Notes under the pieces: generated by a model
What the model was told of the DNA's origin: nothing
The model's database searches: none
Seen by the model: the letters and a program-made list of their open reading frames with translations, nothing else
NCBI GenBank assembly: GCA_049319825.1
Contig: JBMORT010000002.1
Coordinates: 271,230 to 335,229, forward strand
From: Patescibacteria group bacterium
GTDB lineage: Bacteria > Patescibacteriota > Patescibacteriia > UBA11705 > DATKZF01
Length of the DNA: 64,000 nucleotides
Direction of reading: 5' to 3'
Made by a program: the position numbers and the translations under genes
Shown here: piece after piece, positions 37,422-46,014 of the stretch
Layout of the letters: every line of letters starts with the position of its first letter
How positions within the stretch are numbered: position 1 is the first letter of the stretch

Positions 37422-39782
37422 ATGAAAAGGATCAGCGTCATCTGGGCCATTTGTGCCATTCTCGACGTCGGCGGCACCGCTCGCGCCGAGCAAGTGATTC
37501 TCGATGTGCCATTCATCAGCCAGGTGCCGCCCGGCGACTGGAACAATACCAGAAATTGCGGTCCGACCGCGGCATTAATGCTGGCTTCATATTATCTCAA
37601 TGATCAGCCGACTTTGGAGGACATCAAAGCTATCGATGATTGGCTCTATGCCCATCAAATCATTTATCCGCAATATGGCATTGATTTATACAATGGCAAT
37701 TACACCGATTTCGGCGATTTGGCCGATTTGCTGGATGATTATTTCGGTTTGGGCGCGTCGGAAAAAGTATATGCTCAGTCTGAAGATTATATCAAACAGC
37801 AGATCAGGGCAGGCAATCCCGTGATCGTGGCCGTGCGGCTGAATATGCTGCCCGGCGGCCCCGGACATTTTATGCTGGTAATCGGCTTTGACGACACCGG
37901 CGTTATTGTTCATGATCCCGGCCACAGCGCTGAAAATGGGGGACTGGCCAAACATTATGACTTCAATAAATTTCGATCTTCTTGGGCCAGCTGGAGCAAT
38001 GCCAGCATGCATTTGACGCGATTCGTCACCTGGCATCCGAACGGCACGCTGATCAAAAAAGACGCTGATCCCAAAATTTACATGTTGCTTGACGGCTTTA
38101 AGCATCACGTGAAAAATTGGGAAGTGTTTTTGGCCCACGGATTCGATTCGAATAAAATCGTGGCCGTGTCTCAAACGGAGTTGGACTGTTATGCCGAATC
38201 ATGGGCCGTGGACTGGAAGCCTTATCGCCGGGTATTTGGCAATGCCGGCGATGGCAATTATTATTTGATGGAAAAAATGGACGCCAGCCATGCTGGCTGC
38301 GCCATTTACCGTTTCGCGTCTGACTTCGCGGCCGAGAGTTGGGGCAATTATTTACCCGATGTCAGCTGGGTGAACGCGTCCGACGCGGCCGATTATTTGA
38401 CCAATTGCGATCTGGGCGCTGATCTTTTCCTGCGCGATGGCAGTTTGGTCAAGCCCGAACCGGCGCTGGCCAATTTCGGCTATGGACAGGGCGCGGTGTT
38501 TGTCATTCACGATAACGGATTGGCCAGCGCTTTCAGCGATTGGCAGACATTCGAGCGGATGAATTACCATGCCGATGAAATTTGGTCGGTATCGGCCGCG
38601 GAGTTTCTTTCGGCCATCAGGGATTTCGATGTCCATATCTCTCAGTATGATTTGAATCGCTGCGGCGGCGGAGATCTGGGCAGCGGATCGAATTGCGAAG
38701 AAGATGCCATGTACGAATCATACGCCGGTCCGGAAAACACCGTTAATGTCGGCCAGTGCCTCGCCGAGGTCAAGCAATGCTTTGGCGGCCGCTTGTACGT
38801 GATCAGTCGCCAGGTTTTGCCAGAAGCGGAAATCGAAGATGGACTGGACAATGATTGTGACGGTGAGACAGATGAGGAAACCGGGCCGCTTAATAGCCCC
38901 GATGATCCGGAACCAGAACCGGAAGAAGTTTGCTCGAGCGGCCAAATCATCAGCTCATATTCGGGCGATATTTCAACTTACGGCATCGGTGCTTGCCGGC
39001 CGAGGATCGAGCAGTGTCAGAACGGCCAGTGGGTGCTGATTCAGCAGGAAATTTTGCCGCAGGCCGAGCAAAATGACGGACTGGACAACGATTGCGACGG
39101 CCTGCTAGACGATGGCTGGAACCAATATCCCGACCCGCCGCAGGACGACGAAGAATGCGTTGACGGGGAGATGAAAAACATCTACAGCGGACCGATCGCC
39201 ACTTTCGGCGTCGGCATTTGCCGGCCGGCTGTGGAGGAATGCGTTGACGGTTACTGGGAATTGGCACAGCCTGAAATTCTGCCGCAGATCGAGGTGCTGG
39301 ATGGACTGGACAACGATTGCGACGGCTTGGCCGATGAGAACCTGGAGCCGGAAGCAGATCCGGAGCCGGAGCCGGAACCGGATCCCAATGAAGAGAATCC
39401 GATCACGCCAAGCGGCAATGTCTGGGCGGCCAAGTCTTGCGGCCAATATTGCTTGGCGTTTGCCGGCGATTATTTGGCCGGTCATCCGCCCGTCGCCGTT
39501 CTGGTCGGAGATTTCCCGGGTATTGATTGGAACTATCAAAACGGCATTTCCATGCTGATTGCCTCGGACAGTTACTATCATATCAGTCTGATCGGCGCGC
39601 CGGCCGGCATTTATCGGGTGACTTACACCTCGGTTTCCGGCGTGTGGGCTCAGTACGGAGACGACACGCTCGATGATGTCGGACCGTTTCGCTGGTGCGG
39701 TTTTGACGGCAATACTCATACCTGCAGCATTAAGTTCCAGCTGACCGCTGGCGGACAGGTTTTGCCGGCGGGCAATAATTAA
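37422..39782 (+). CDS. Secreted protein: N-terminal papain-fold C39-like peptidase domain (Peptidase_C39_2-type) plus three C-terminal MopE-like putative metal-binding repeats
   Basis: Signal peptide. FISQVPPGDWNNTRNCGPTAALMLASYY (Cys in N-C-G-P context). Three repeats of about 60 aa: C..G.....YSG.I.T.G.G.CRP..E.C..G.W.L.Q.EILPQ.E..DGLDNDCDG..DE. About 58% GC. Confidence 0.6.
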   Translation: MKRISVIWAICAILDVGGTARAEQVILDVPFISQVPPGDWNNTRNCGPTAALMLASYYLNDQPTLEDIKAIDDWLYAHQIIYPQYGIDLYNGNYTDFGDLADLLDDYFGLGASEKVYAQSEDYIKQQIRAGNPVIVAVRLNMLPGGPGHFMLVIGFDDTGVIVHDPGHSAENGGLAKHYDFNKFRSSWASWSNASMHLTRFVTWHPNGTLIKKDADPKIYMLLDGFKHHVKNWEVFLAHGFDSNKIVAVSQTELDCYAESWAVDWKPYRRVFGNAGDGNYYLMEKMDASHAGCAIYRFASDFAAESWGNYLPDVSWVNASDAADYLTNCDLGADLFLRDGSLVKPEPALANFGYGQGAVFVIHDNGLASAFSDWQTFERMNYHADEIWSVSAAEFLSAIRDFDVHISQYDLNRCGGGDLGSGSNCEEDAMYESYAGPENTVNVGQCLAEVKQCFGGRLYVISRQVLPEAEIEDGLDNDCDGETDEETGPLNSPDDPEPEPEEVCSSGQIISSYSGDISTYGIGACRPRIEQCQNGQWVLIQQEILPQAEQNDGLDNDCDGLLDDGWNQYPDPPQDDEECVDGEMKNIYSGPIATFGVGICRPAVEECVDGYWELAQPEILPQIEVLDGLDNDCDGLADENLEPEADPEPEPEPDPNEENPITPSGNVWAAKSCGQYCLAFAGDYLAGHPPVAVLVGDFPGIDWNYQNGISMLIASDSYYHISLIGAPAGIYRVTYTSVSGVWAQYGDDTLDDVGPFRWCGFDGNTHTCSIKFQLTAGGQVLPAGNN

Positions 39783-39947
39783 ATTCAAAAGGGATTATTC
39801 ATAATAAATCCCTTTTTTTATTTAGGCAGTCGCCAATCAGCCGGAGGCAATGTCCAGGCCATTATGCGCAGGCTGGCACACCGCAGCGGGTGCTATGAGT
39901 TTTTTAAAAAAAATTTAAAAGAGCCTCGTCGGCTCTTTTTTGTAAAA

Positions 39948-40244
39948 TTATTTTTTATCCTTGTTCTTTATGGGAATCACATGAACGAATTTAACGTCTT
40001 CAAGATTGCCGGTAAATTTTTTTATTTTTTTATGGGAGAATGAAACATTGCCGTCAGTCGAGGCGAACAAAGTGTCGTCTTTGCCCGACATGACGTTTTG
40101 TCCGGCGCGGAATTTGGATCCTCGTTGCCGAATCAAAATATTGCCGGCCTTGGCAAATTCACCTTCGAATAATTTAACTCCCAGACGTTGTGCATTGGAA
40201 TCTCGGCCCAGTTTAGTACTGCCGGCCGCTTTTTTATGTGCCAT
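39948..40244 (-). CDS. rpmA: 50S ribosomal protein L27 (with short C-terminal extension), not adjacent to rplU
   Basis: [61 protein letters not shown] matches L27 throughout. Confidence 0.9.
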   Translation of the reverse strand: MAHKKAAGSTKLGRDSNAQRLGVKLFEGEFAKAGNILIRQRGSKFRAGQNVMSGKDDTLFASTDGNVSFSHKKIKKFTGNLEDVKFVHVIPIKNKDKK

Positions 40245-40384
40245 ATTGGGTTAGATTAAAGAAATAGTATTAAAGTTGAAGCTTCTAAGCTGCAAGCTGT
40301 AAATTATTCTAGCTCAATATTTGAAAAGAGTCAAGCAATTGACACATTTGACAGAAATGGCCGAATAAAATAGAATTAAATCAT

Positions 40385-41212
40385 ATGAAAAAGCTATTTT
40401 TTGCCATATTTATAGTAATTATTTTATCCGCCTGCGCCAACCAACAAGTTGATGACGTTGTTTTGGAAACACCGATTCGGCCTGCCGCGACAGTTGATTT
40501 AAATAGGGCGACACCTGAAACATTAGTTGATGTCGAGCCGCCGGCCACATCGCCCGATTCTTTGATGGCTAAGCCCAGACAGGTCCCATCAACGTTTGAC
40601 CAAGACGTGCTGTTCGCTTCGCAGGCGCCTTTTGGCAATTGGGAATTGCCATATCAAGAGGCCTGTGAAGAAGCCAGTCTGATCATGGCTTATAAATATT
40701 TCGCCAAGCAGGAGCTTGATAAAAACATCATGGATAAAGAAATCAATAAATTGGTTGACTGGGAATTGGGCCAATTTGGCTATTATACCGATACCAATCT
40801 GGATGAAGTCACATACATGGCTGAACAATATTTCGGTTTGGATGTTGAAATTTCGGAGAAGGCCGAGGTTGAATATTTTAAAGAGTTGATTTCCAGCGGC
40901 TATCTTTTAATTGTGCCCGCATCAGGCCGAGATTTGGATAATCCGAATTTTACTTCACCCGGACCGATATTTCATATGCTAATCGTCCGCGGCTATGATC
41001 GAAATCAATTTATTACCAACGACCCCGGCACCAGAAAAGGGCTAAAGTTTAAGTATCATTATAATAATTTGATCAGCGCCATTCATGATTTGATAGTGGA
41101 AAACAGCGAACAGTTCCGGCCGTATGAATTAAAAGATATGCCCGACAGCCAAAAATTGATAAAAATGCGCAGCGGCCCCCAGCGATTTTTAATAATCAAG
41201 GGATTAAAATAA
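40385..41212 (+). CDS. Lipoprotein with C39-like peptidase (Peptidase_C39_2-type) domain
   Basis: Lipobox ILSACANQ. FASQAPFGNWELPYQEACEEASLIMAYKYF, where the Cys lies in a Q-x-x-C-x-x-A-S context typical of this papain-like family. Followed by terminator ttggct-caaata-agccaa tttttt. Confidence 0.6.
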   Translation: MKKLFFAIFIVIILSACANQQVDDVVLETPIRPAATVDLNRATPETLVDVEPPATSPDSLMAKPRQVPSTFDQDVLFASQAPFGNWELPYQEACEEASLIMAYKYFAKQELDKNIMDKEINKLVDWELGQFGYYTDTNLDEVTYMAEQYFGLDVEISEKAEVEYFKELISSGYLLIVPASGRDLDNPNFTSPGPIFHMLIVRGYDRNQFITNDPGTRKGLKFKYHYNNLISAIHDLIVENSEQFRPYELKDMPDSQKLIKMRSGPQRFLIIKGLK

Positions 41213-41248
41213 ATAAAATTGGCTCAAATAAGCCAATTTTTTATTTTA

Positions 41249-41277
41249 TTGACATTTACAATGAAAATTGTTAAGAT
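41249..41277 (+). promoter_or_regulatory. Near-consensus sigma70 promoter (TTGACA-17-TAAGAT) for the 41326 gene
   Basis: ttgacatttacaatgaaaattgttaagat. RBS aaggagg lies 5 nt before the TTG start. Confidence 0.55.
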
Positions 41278-41325
41278 TTAGTTTCCGTGCAGTTTGACAA
41301 TTAAAACCAAGCAAAGGAGGATGCC

Positions 41326-43176
41326 TTGGGAAAAACAAGAAAAATCGAACCAGATCAACGTGATGTCGGCGTGCTTGCCAAGCAGCCCGGATTTTCCGAG
41401 CCCGGCACAGCCGTAGAATCGCCGACCGGATTTTCCCCGGAGGGGACGGTTTTGGATCACATTGACGATTTGGATGAATACCGCGGTGCGGCCTCGGTCG
41501 TGGATAACGACGCGGCCAGGAAAACGCCGTACGGTGAAGTGATCACTCCGGGGACAAAGGAATGGGACCACGTGGTCGAGGTGCATACCCGGGATACTGT
41601 CCCCGGCGACGGATCGGTCAGGCCGGAAAGTATTCTGCAGGTCCATCTGGATCGGCTGGAACTGGAGCCTCAAAACCGCAGAGAGATTTACGCGGTTTGT
41701 CAAATCTGGTTCCAAAATCCATTGGTGTTCAAAGGACTGGAATCTCATGTGCTGGAAAAATTTCAGCGTTTCGACGCTGAGGGCCTGGCCGCGTCTTTTC
41801 GCGATCAGATCGCCCAAGTGATGAATGGATTGCAGCAGCGCTTGCCCCCAAAGGCCGAACCGAAGGCAGCGGTGCCGGCGCCAAGGCCGGCAGCGGAGCC
41901 GAAACCGCCGGGAAATGAGCTCGATTGGGCGCTGGAAGATTTGCGCTCCGATTCCTTCGGGGCTTTGAAGCGTCTGTATTTGATCTTCCAAAATTCAACC
42001 AAGAAGCACTTGTTCGCCGGCCGTGAAGCCGACGTGATCGCGGCAATCCGATCGCGTGATTTTCAGAAACAAGATGAACAAGAATTGGCTGCTCGTCTGA
42101 CGGCACAACTCCAAGGAAAGGAGGCCCCCATGCCCCAAGACGTGAAGAGGGAGAATGAAAGGCCAGTGGCTGCACCGATTTCGGCGCCGCGCCTGGGGGG
42201 CCGCCGCACCGGCGAGTCCGCCGCCGCCCAGCCGCCGATCGAAAGCCAGACTCATGTGATGGCCGCGGCGGCCATTGCCAGTATCGAAGGGGCAGTGCCG
42301 GCACAGGCGCTAGATTGGAACGCCTGGAAGAAATCCGCGTTCCAAACGTGGGTTGATCTCGCCTTCAAGCGATATTTCTACGACTGGATTGACGCCCTGG
42401 CCGAACTGGTGCGCGCGACCGAGGTGCCGCGGCTGATCGAATTGAACGAGTATCTGTATCGCGCGGTCGATCGCCCGTGGCCCGGCCTGACTGTCGCCAA
42501 CTTCGGCAACGTTCGAGTTTACTTGCGCAGTGATCGACTCCGAGCCGATGACGGTTCATCGTCACTCGAGCTCAGCATTGATTTTGTCCGCGCGGCCGCG
42601 GCTGATCCGCCGCTCTCCCGCAAGGAAGATCAGGACAAACTCAAGCAGCTCTACAATTGGATGCTGGATCGTCTGGATATTCTCTTCGGCATGAAGCGGA
42701 CTCCAGCCGGGTTCAGCGAGTTTTTCTCGGGGATCAACCCGTCATTCGAGCAGGTGGTCGAAGAGTTTTGGGGCGACATCTGGAGCCTGTTCGGCGCCGC
42801 CTGCCGCGAGCTGACGGCGAACGAATTGGTGCCGGAAACCGAAGTCGATACCAGCTTCTGGCGGCAGGTGGAAGTGCTGTCCGAAACATTGCCGCGCGGC
42901 AGCTGGGTCGGGTTTCCGTTCCTGCGAGTCGGCGAGCTTTGTTTGTACTACTTCCGCGGCCGCTTGACCGTGATCCAGTGCGATCACAGCCTCGAAATGA
43001 GCCTGATTGCCGATCATGGCGCGGATGAAGCGGAAAAAGCGCTGCACGAATTGGCCGCGTCGGTCATCATGAAACTGCCGCTGAGCGTCGAAGCGCTCCA
43101 GCGTCAAATCTCCGCCATGAATCAACCGGACATGGTGGAAGAATTGCTGAATCATGCGCTCGAAAGTGAAAAATAG
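41326..43176 (+). CDS. Hypothetical cytoplasmic protein (616 aa). Largest member of a 3-gene paralogous family of unknown function, about 60% GC.
   Basis: TTG start with aaggagg RBS. Shares WPGLTVANFGNVRVYL and a C-terminal LPLSVEALQRQI motif with the two downstream paralogs. No signal peptide or known domain recognised. Confidence 0.6.
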   Translation: MGKTRKIEPDQRDVGVLAKQPGFSEPGTAVESPTGFSPEGTVLDHIDDLDEYRGAASVVDNDAARKTPYGEVITPGTKEWDHVVEVHTRDTVPGDGSVRPESILQVHLDRLELEPQNRREIYAVCQIWFQNPLVFKGLESHVLEKFQRFDAEGLAASFRDQIAQVMNGLQQRLPPKAEPKAAVPAPRPAAEPKPPGNELDWALEDLRSDSFGALKRLYLIFQNSTKKHLFAGREADVIAAIRSRDFQKQDEQELAARLTAQLQGKEAPMPQDVKRENERPVAAPISAPRLGGRRTGESAAAQPPIESQTHVMAAAAIASIEGAVPAQALDWNAWKKSAFQTWVDLAFKRYFYDWIDALAELVRATEVPRLIELNEYLYRAVDRPWPGLTVANFGNVRVYLRSDRLRADDGSSSLELSIDFVRAAAADPPLSRKEDQDKLKQLYNWMLDRLDILFGMKRTPAGFSEFFSGINPSFEQVVEEFWGDIWSLFGAACRELTANELVPETEVDTSFWRQVEVLSETLPRGSWVGFPFLRVGELCLYYFRGRLTVIQCDHSLEMSLIADHGADEAEKALHELAASVIMKLPLSVEALQRQISAMNQPDMVEELLNHALESEK

Positions 43177-43219
43177 TATTAATCTCCTATCAAAATAGGA
43201 GATTTTTTTCTTTTTATTC

Positions 43220-43248
43220 ATGTTTCGTGTTGACAGCCGCAATTGAAT
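43220..43248 (+). promoter_or_regulatory. Sigma70 promoter TTGACA-17-TATAAG
   Basis: ttgacagccgcaattgaatttgatataag. RBS aaggagg at 43284-43290. Confidence 0.55.
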
Positions 43249-43295
43249 TTGATATAAGAAAATGATCATTGACATTAAATATCAAGGAGGCAGCA

Positions 43296-44165
43296 TTGAC
43301 AAAGCAGTGGCCGTACCCATCTTTACTGACCAATATTTCTATGCCTCACCAGTGGCCGCGGGCGTCGGTTACGCCGAAAGAGTTTGAAAATTGGCAGGAA
43401 CAAGTTTTGGCCGTGATGAGGAAGACCTGCTGGGATCCTCATTATCGTCAATTCCATGGCGCGCTGATTGTCGTACTGCAAAGAGTGGAGTTCTGGGAGC
43501 TTTTTTCCGATTTGATTTCGATTTATCTTCGGGCGGAATTACCTTTCCCGGGTATGCCTATTTTGGAGGTCGCCAATGCCAAGGTGTTTTTGACCCACAA
43601 CACGATTAATATTGTTCGCGAGGGTGAAAAAAAGGAAATCGCGCTTTTACCCGATGAACAGAAAGGAATTTCCGAGTTTTCAGCTTGGCTTCGTGAATCC
43701 CCCATGGGTTTGTCCGCGGTAAAAACGACATCGGAACAAATTCGAACGCTGATTCAAGAGCGCCTGAAGCCCGCCGATCATTACCTGATTTGTTTGCGGG
43801 AAGTGATCAGGCGGTTCGTCGCTTCATTCATTGAATTTTATATGCAGCGGCCTCCGGCGTTTGATGAAATGTTCGGCTTGATTGAACATGAAGAAGGGTT
43901 TTGGCGTTATGGCATTATCCTCGGCAACCATGAGGGGCTGAAGATTTATTGGAAGAAAGATGAATTGATCGTAATTTTGCCGTCGATTCAAGAGAAAGGC
44001 GCGCCACCGGAGATCCTGTCTATTGCTGACGCTGATTTTGAGGACAGGCTGACGGAAGCTTTGAAACAAACCGCGCCGCAGGCGATATTCGCTCTGCCCA
44101 TGAGTATTGAAGAAATTCAGCAAAACCTGATTAAAAACAACAATGATCCGACTTTTATGTCCTAA
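43296..44165 (+). CDS. Hypothetical protein, paralog 2 of the family. Start reassigned to TTG 43296; the ORF track gives 43269.
   Basis: The RBS aaggagg (43284-43290) lies inside the ORF-track N-terminus, so the start 5 nt downstream is preferred. Motifs SIYLRAELPFPGMPILEVANAKVFL and C-terminal LPMSIEEIQQNL. Confidence 0.55.
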   Translation: MTKQWPYPSLLTNISMPHQWPRASVTPKEFENWQEQVLAVMRKTCWDPHYRQFHGALIVVLQRVEFWELFSDLISIYLRAELPFPGMPILEVANAKVFLTHNTINIVREGEKKEIALLPDEQKGISEFSAWLRESPMGLSAVKTTSEQIRTLIQERLKPADHYLICLREVIRRFVASFIEFYMQRPPAFDEMFGLIEHEEGFWRYGIILGNHEGLKIYWKKDELIVILPSIQEKGAPPEILSIADADFEDRLTEALKQTAPQAIFALPMSIEEIQQNLIKNNNDPTFMS

Positions 44166-44203
44166 TGAGCAGCCGCTTAAAATAACGGCTGTTTTTTATT
44201 TAT

Positions 44204-44232
44204 TTGACAATCTTTTCTTTTATGGATAAAAT
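44204..44232 (+). promoter_or_regulatory. Sigma70 promoter TTGACA-17-TAAAAT
   Basis: ttgacaatcttttcttttatggataaaat. The ORF-track start at 44204 is the -35 hexamer itself. RBS aggagg at 44259-44264. Confidence 0.55.
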
Positions 44233-44269
44233 GAGTTTTAAAATATTAACCAGAAGGCAGGAGGCAAAG

Positions 44270-45184
44270 ATGGCCGAGGTCACCGTCGCCAGCTGGGAAG
44301 GCCTTCAGTTTGCTCCGATTTTGGAGCATCTGAATGCGCTTTTCCCGGAGCAGGAAAAAGTGATCATCGATCCCAATATTGATCTGAAATTCAAAGAATG
44401 GCTGGAAGCGCTGACCAATCATGTTGTCCAGCGTTGCTGGCCGCAGTTTTTTAAAAAATGGTATCAAACGCTGCTCATCGCGATTGCCAGAGATGATGTC
44501 CGGCGGCTGGCTTCAAGCTCAATGTCCATTTACTTGAAGGCCGGTAAATGCGATAAATGGCCCGGGATAAAAGTCGCCGAACATGGCGTGATCAACGTAT
44601 TCTTATCTCGAGCGAAATTCGTCGTTATCGCGGGCAAAGATGACAAGCACTATCCGATTTTGCCCAAACAGGAAAGTGACAGCGTTTTAAGGTTCGCTCA
44701 GGGATTGATGGCGCTGCATCCGGTATTGGGCATGCGGCTCGACCCGCAGGAGCTTGCCGACTATATCTTGACCAACAACTCTTCGCATGGTTTATTGGCC
44801 GATTGCTGGCCAGATATTGTCGCGAATTTCGTCTCGGCCGTAATCGATACCAAAATATATGAAATTCCGGCCATCGCCGAGGTTGAAGCGCTCAGAACCG
44901 AGACAGGCAAAAAGCCGACTCCGTTTCTGTTGGCCACGGCCGGAAATTTCAAGATTTATATTCGCAGCGGCGTTTTGGTGGTGGTCAATGAAAAGAAAAT
45001 CGAAGGACCGACATTCGAGCCGACCAATCCTGAAGCGGTACAGGAACTAAGCGATTTACTGTCTAATTACGCCGAGCTGCTATTTTCCGTTCTGCCGATT
45101 ACCGTCTCGCAAGTCAAGCAGGCTCTGCATTCGCTCAATCCCTTGCCCGAAGAAACCTCTGCCGTGGCCGGGGAATCAAATTAA
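44270..45184 (+). CDS. Hypothetical protein, paralog 3 of the family. Start reassigned to ATG 44270.
   Basis: Motifs SIYLKAGKCDKWPGIKVAEHGVINVFL and C-terminal LPITVSQVKQAL align with paralogs 1 and 2. RBS 5 nt upstream. Confidence 0.55.
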   Translation: MAEVTVASWEGLQFAPILEHLNALFPEQEKVIIDPNIDLKFKEWLEALTNHVVQRCWPQFFKKWYQTLLIAIARDDVRRLASSSMSIYLKAGKCDKWPGIKVAEHGVINVFLSRAKFVVIAGKDDKHYPILPKQESDSVLRFAQGLMALHPVLGMRLDPQELADYILTNNSSHGLLADCWPDIVANFVSAVIDTKIYEIPAIAEVEALRTETGKKPTPFLLATAGNFKIYIRSGVLVVVNEKKIEGPTFEPTNPEAVQELSDLLSNYAELLFSVLPITVSQVKQALHSLNPLPEETSAVAGESN

Positions 45185-45287
45185 TGCCCTCTTAATAAAG
45201 CGGGCTTTTTGTTTTGACTGAAATCTTCGGATTTGCTATACTAAATCAACAGCCAAATGGAATTTTATAAATTAAAATATTTCATAT

Positions 45288-45653
45288 ATGTATTCTAAAC
45301 AGGTAATAGATCATTTTACCAATCCGCATAATCAGGGAAAAATGGATAATCCGGATGTGATCGGCGAAGCCGGAAACATTCGCTGCGGGGATATTATGAA
45401 AATCTATCTAAAAATAAAAGATAATATCATTGAAGATATCAAATTCGAGACTTTGGGCTGCGCCGCGGCGATCGCCACTTCCTCGGCGATGACCGATTTG
45501 GTTAAAGGCAAAACATTGGATCAGGCCGCGGCGGTGACGGATAAAGACATCGTCGATTCTCTGGGAGAATTGCCGCCGGTTAAATATCATTGCTCGGTTT
45601 TGGCCACGAAAGCGTTGGCTGACGCCATCGGCAAATATCTGAAGAAAAAATAG
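45288..45653 (+). CDS. iscU: Fe-S cluster assembly scaffold IscU/NifU N-terminal domain protein
   Basis: Three conserved Cys contexts: GNIRCGDIMK, FETLGCAAAIATSSA and YHCSVLATKALADA. Confidence 0.85.
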   Translation: MYSKQVIDHFTNPHNQGKMDNPDVIGEAGNIRCGDIMKIYLKIKDNIIEDIKFETLGCAAAIATSSAMTDLVKGKTLDQAAAVTDKDIVDSLGELPPVKYHCSVLATKALADAIGKYLKKK

Positions 45654-45685
45654 ATTAATTTTTTATTATTTACCTGCCACAATAT

Positions 45686-45928
45686 ATGGATTTCAATGAC
45701 CAGGTTAAGCAAGTGATTGAACAAATCAGGCCGCAGCTCCAAGCCGATGGGGGAGACATTGAATTGATAGAAGCTAATCAAGCGACGGGTCAGGTTAAAG
45801 TCAGTCTTCAGGGACATTGCCAACATTGTCCGATGGCCTCGTTCACGCTGGAAAAGCTAATAGAAAAAAAATTAAAACAAGAAATTAAGGGAGTGAAAGA
45901 AGTCGTGAATATTATCGTCGAAAAATAG
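45686..45928 (+). CDS. NifU C-terminal (Nfu-type) domain protein
   Basis: IRPQLQADGGDIELIE...VKVSLQGHCQHCPMASFTL (CxxC Nfu motif). 80 aa. Confidence 0.7.
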   Translation: MDFNDQVKQVIEQIRPQLQADGGDIELIEANQATGQVKVSLQGHCQHCPMASFTLEKLIEKKLKQEIKGVKEVVNIIVEK

Positions 45929-46014
45929 AATTTTGCTTTGTTAAATTATTCTTGATATTTTATTTGTTGTTTTGTCGAATCACATTATTTAATCAATAAA
46001 TTATAGTTATCAAT

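Noticed and set aside
39948-40244. rpmA as a horizontally acquired or duplicated ribosomal gene because it sits inside the accessory region
   Set aside because: Its GC content and codon use match the core genes. More likely the accessory DNA inserted around a native rpmA locus. The absence of an adjacent rplU is noted but not abnormal for reduced genomes.
41321-41420. ATG at 41321 as the start of the first paralog
   Set aside because: That frame hits a stop after 31 codons. The TTG at 41326, 5 nt from the aaggagg RBS, opens the 616-aa frame.
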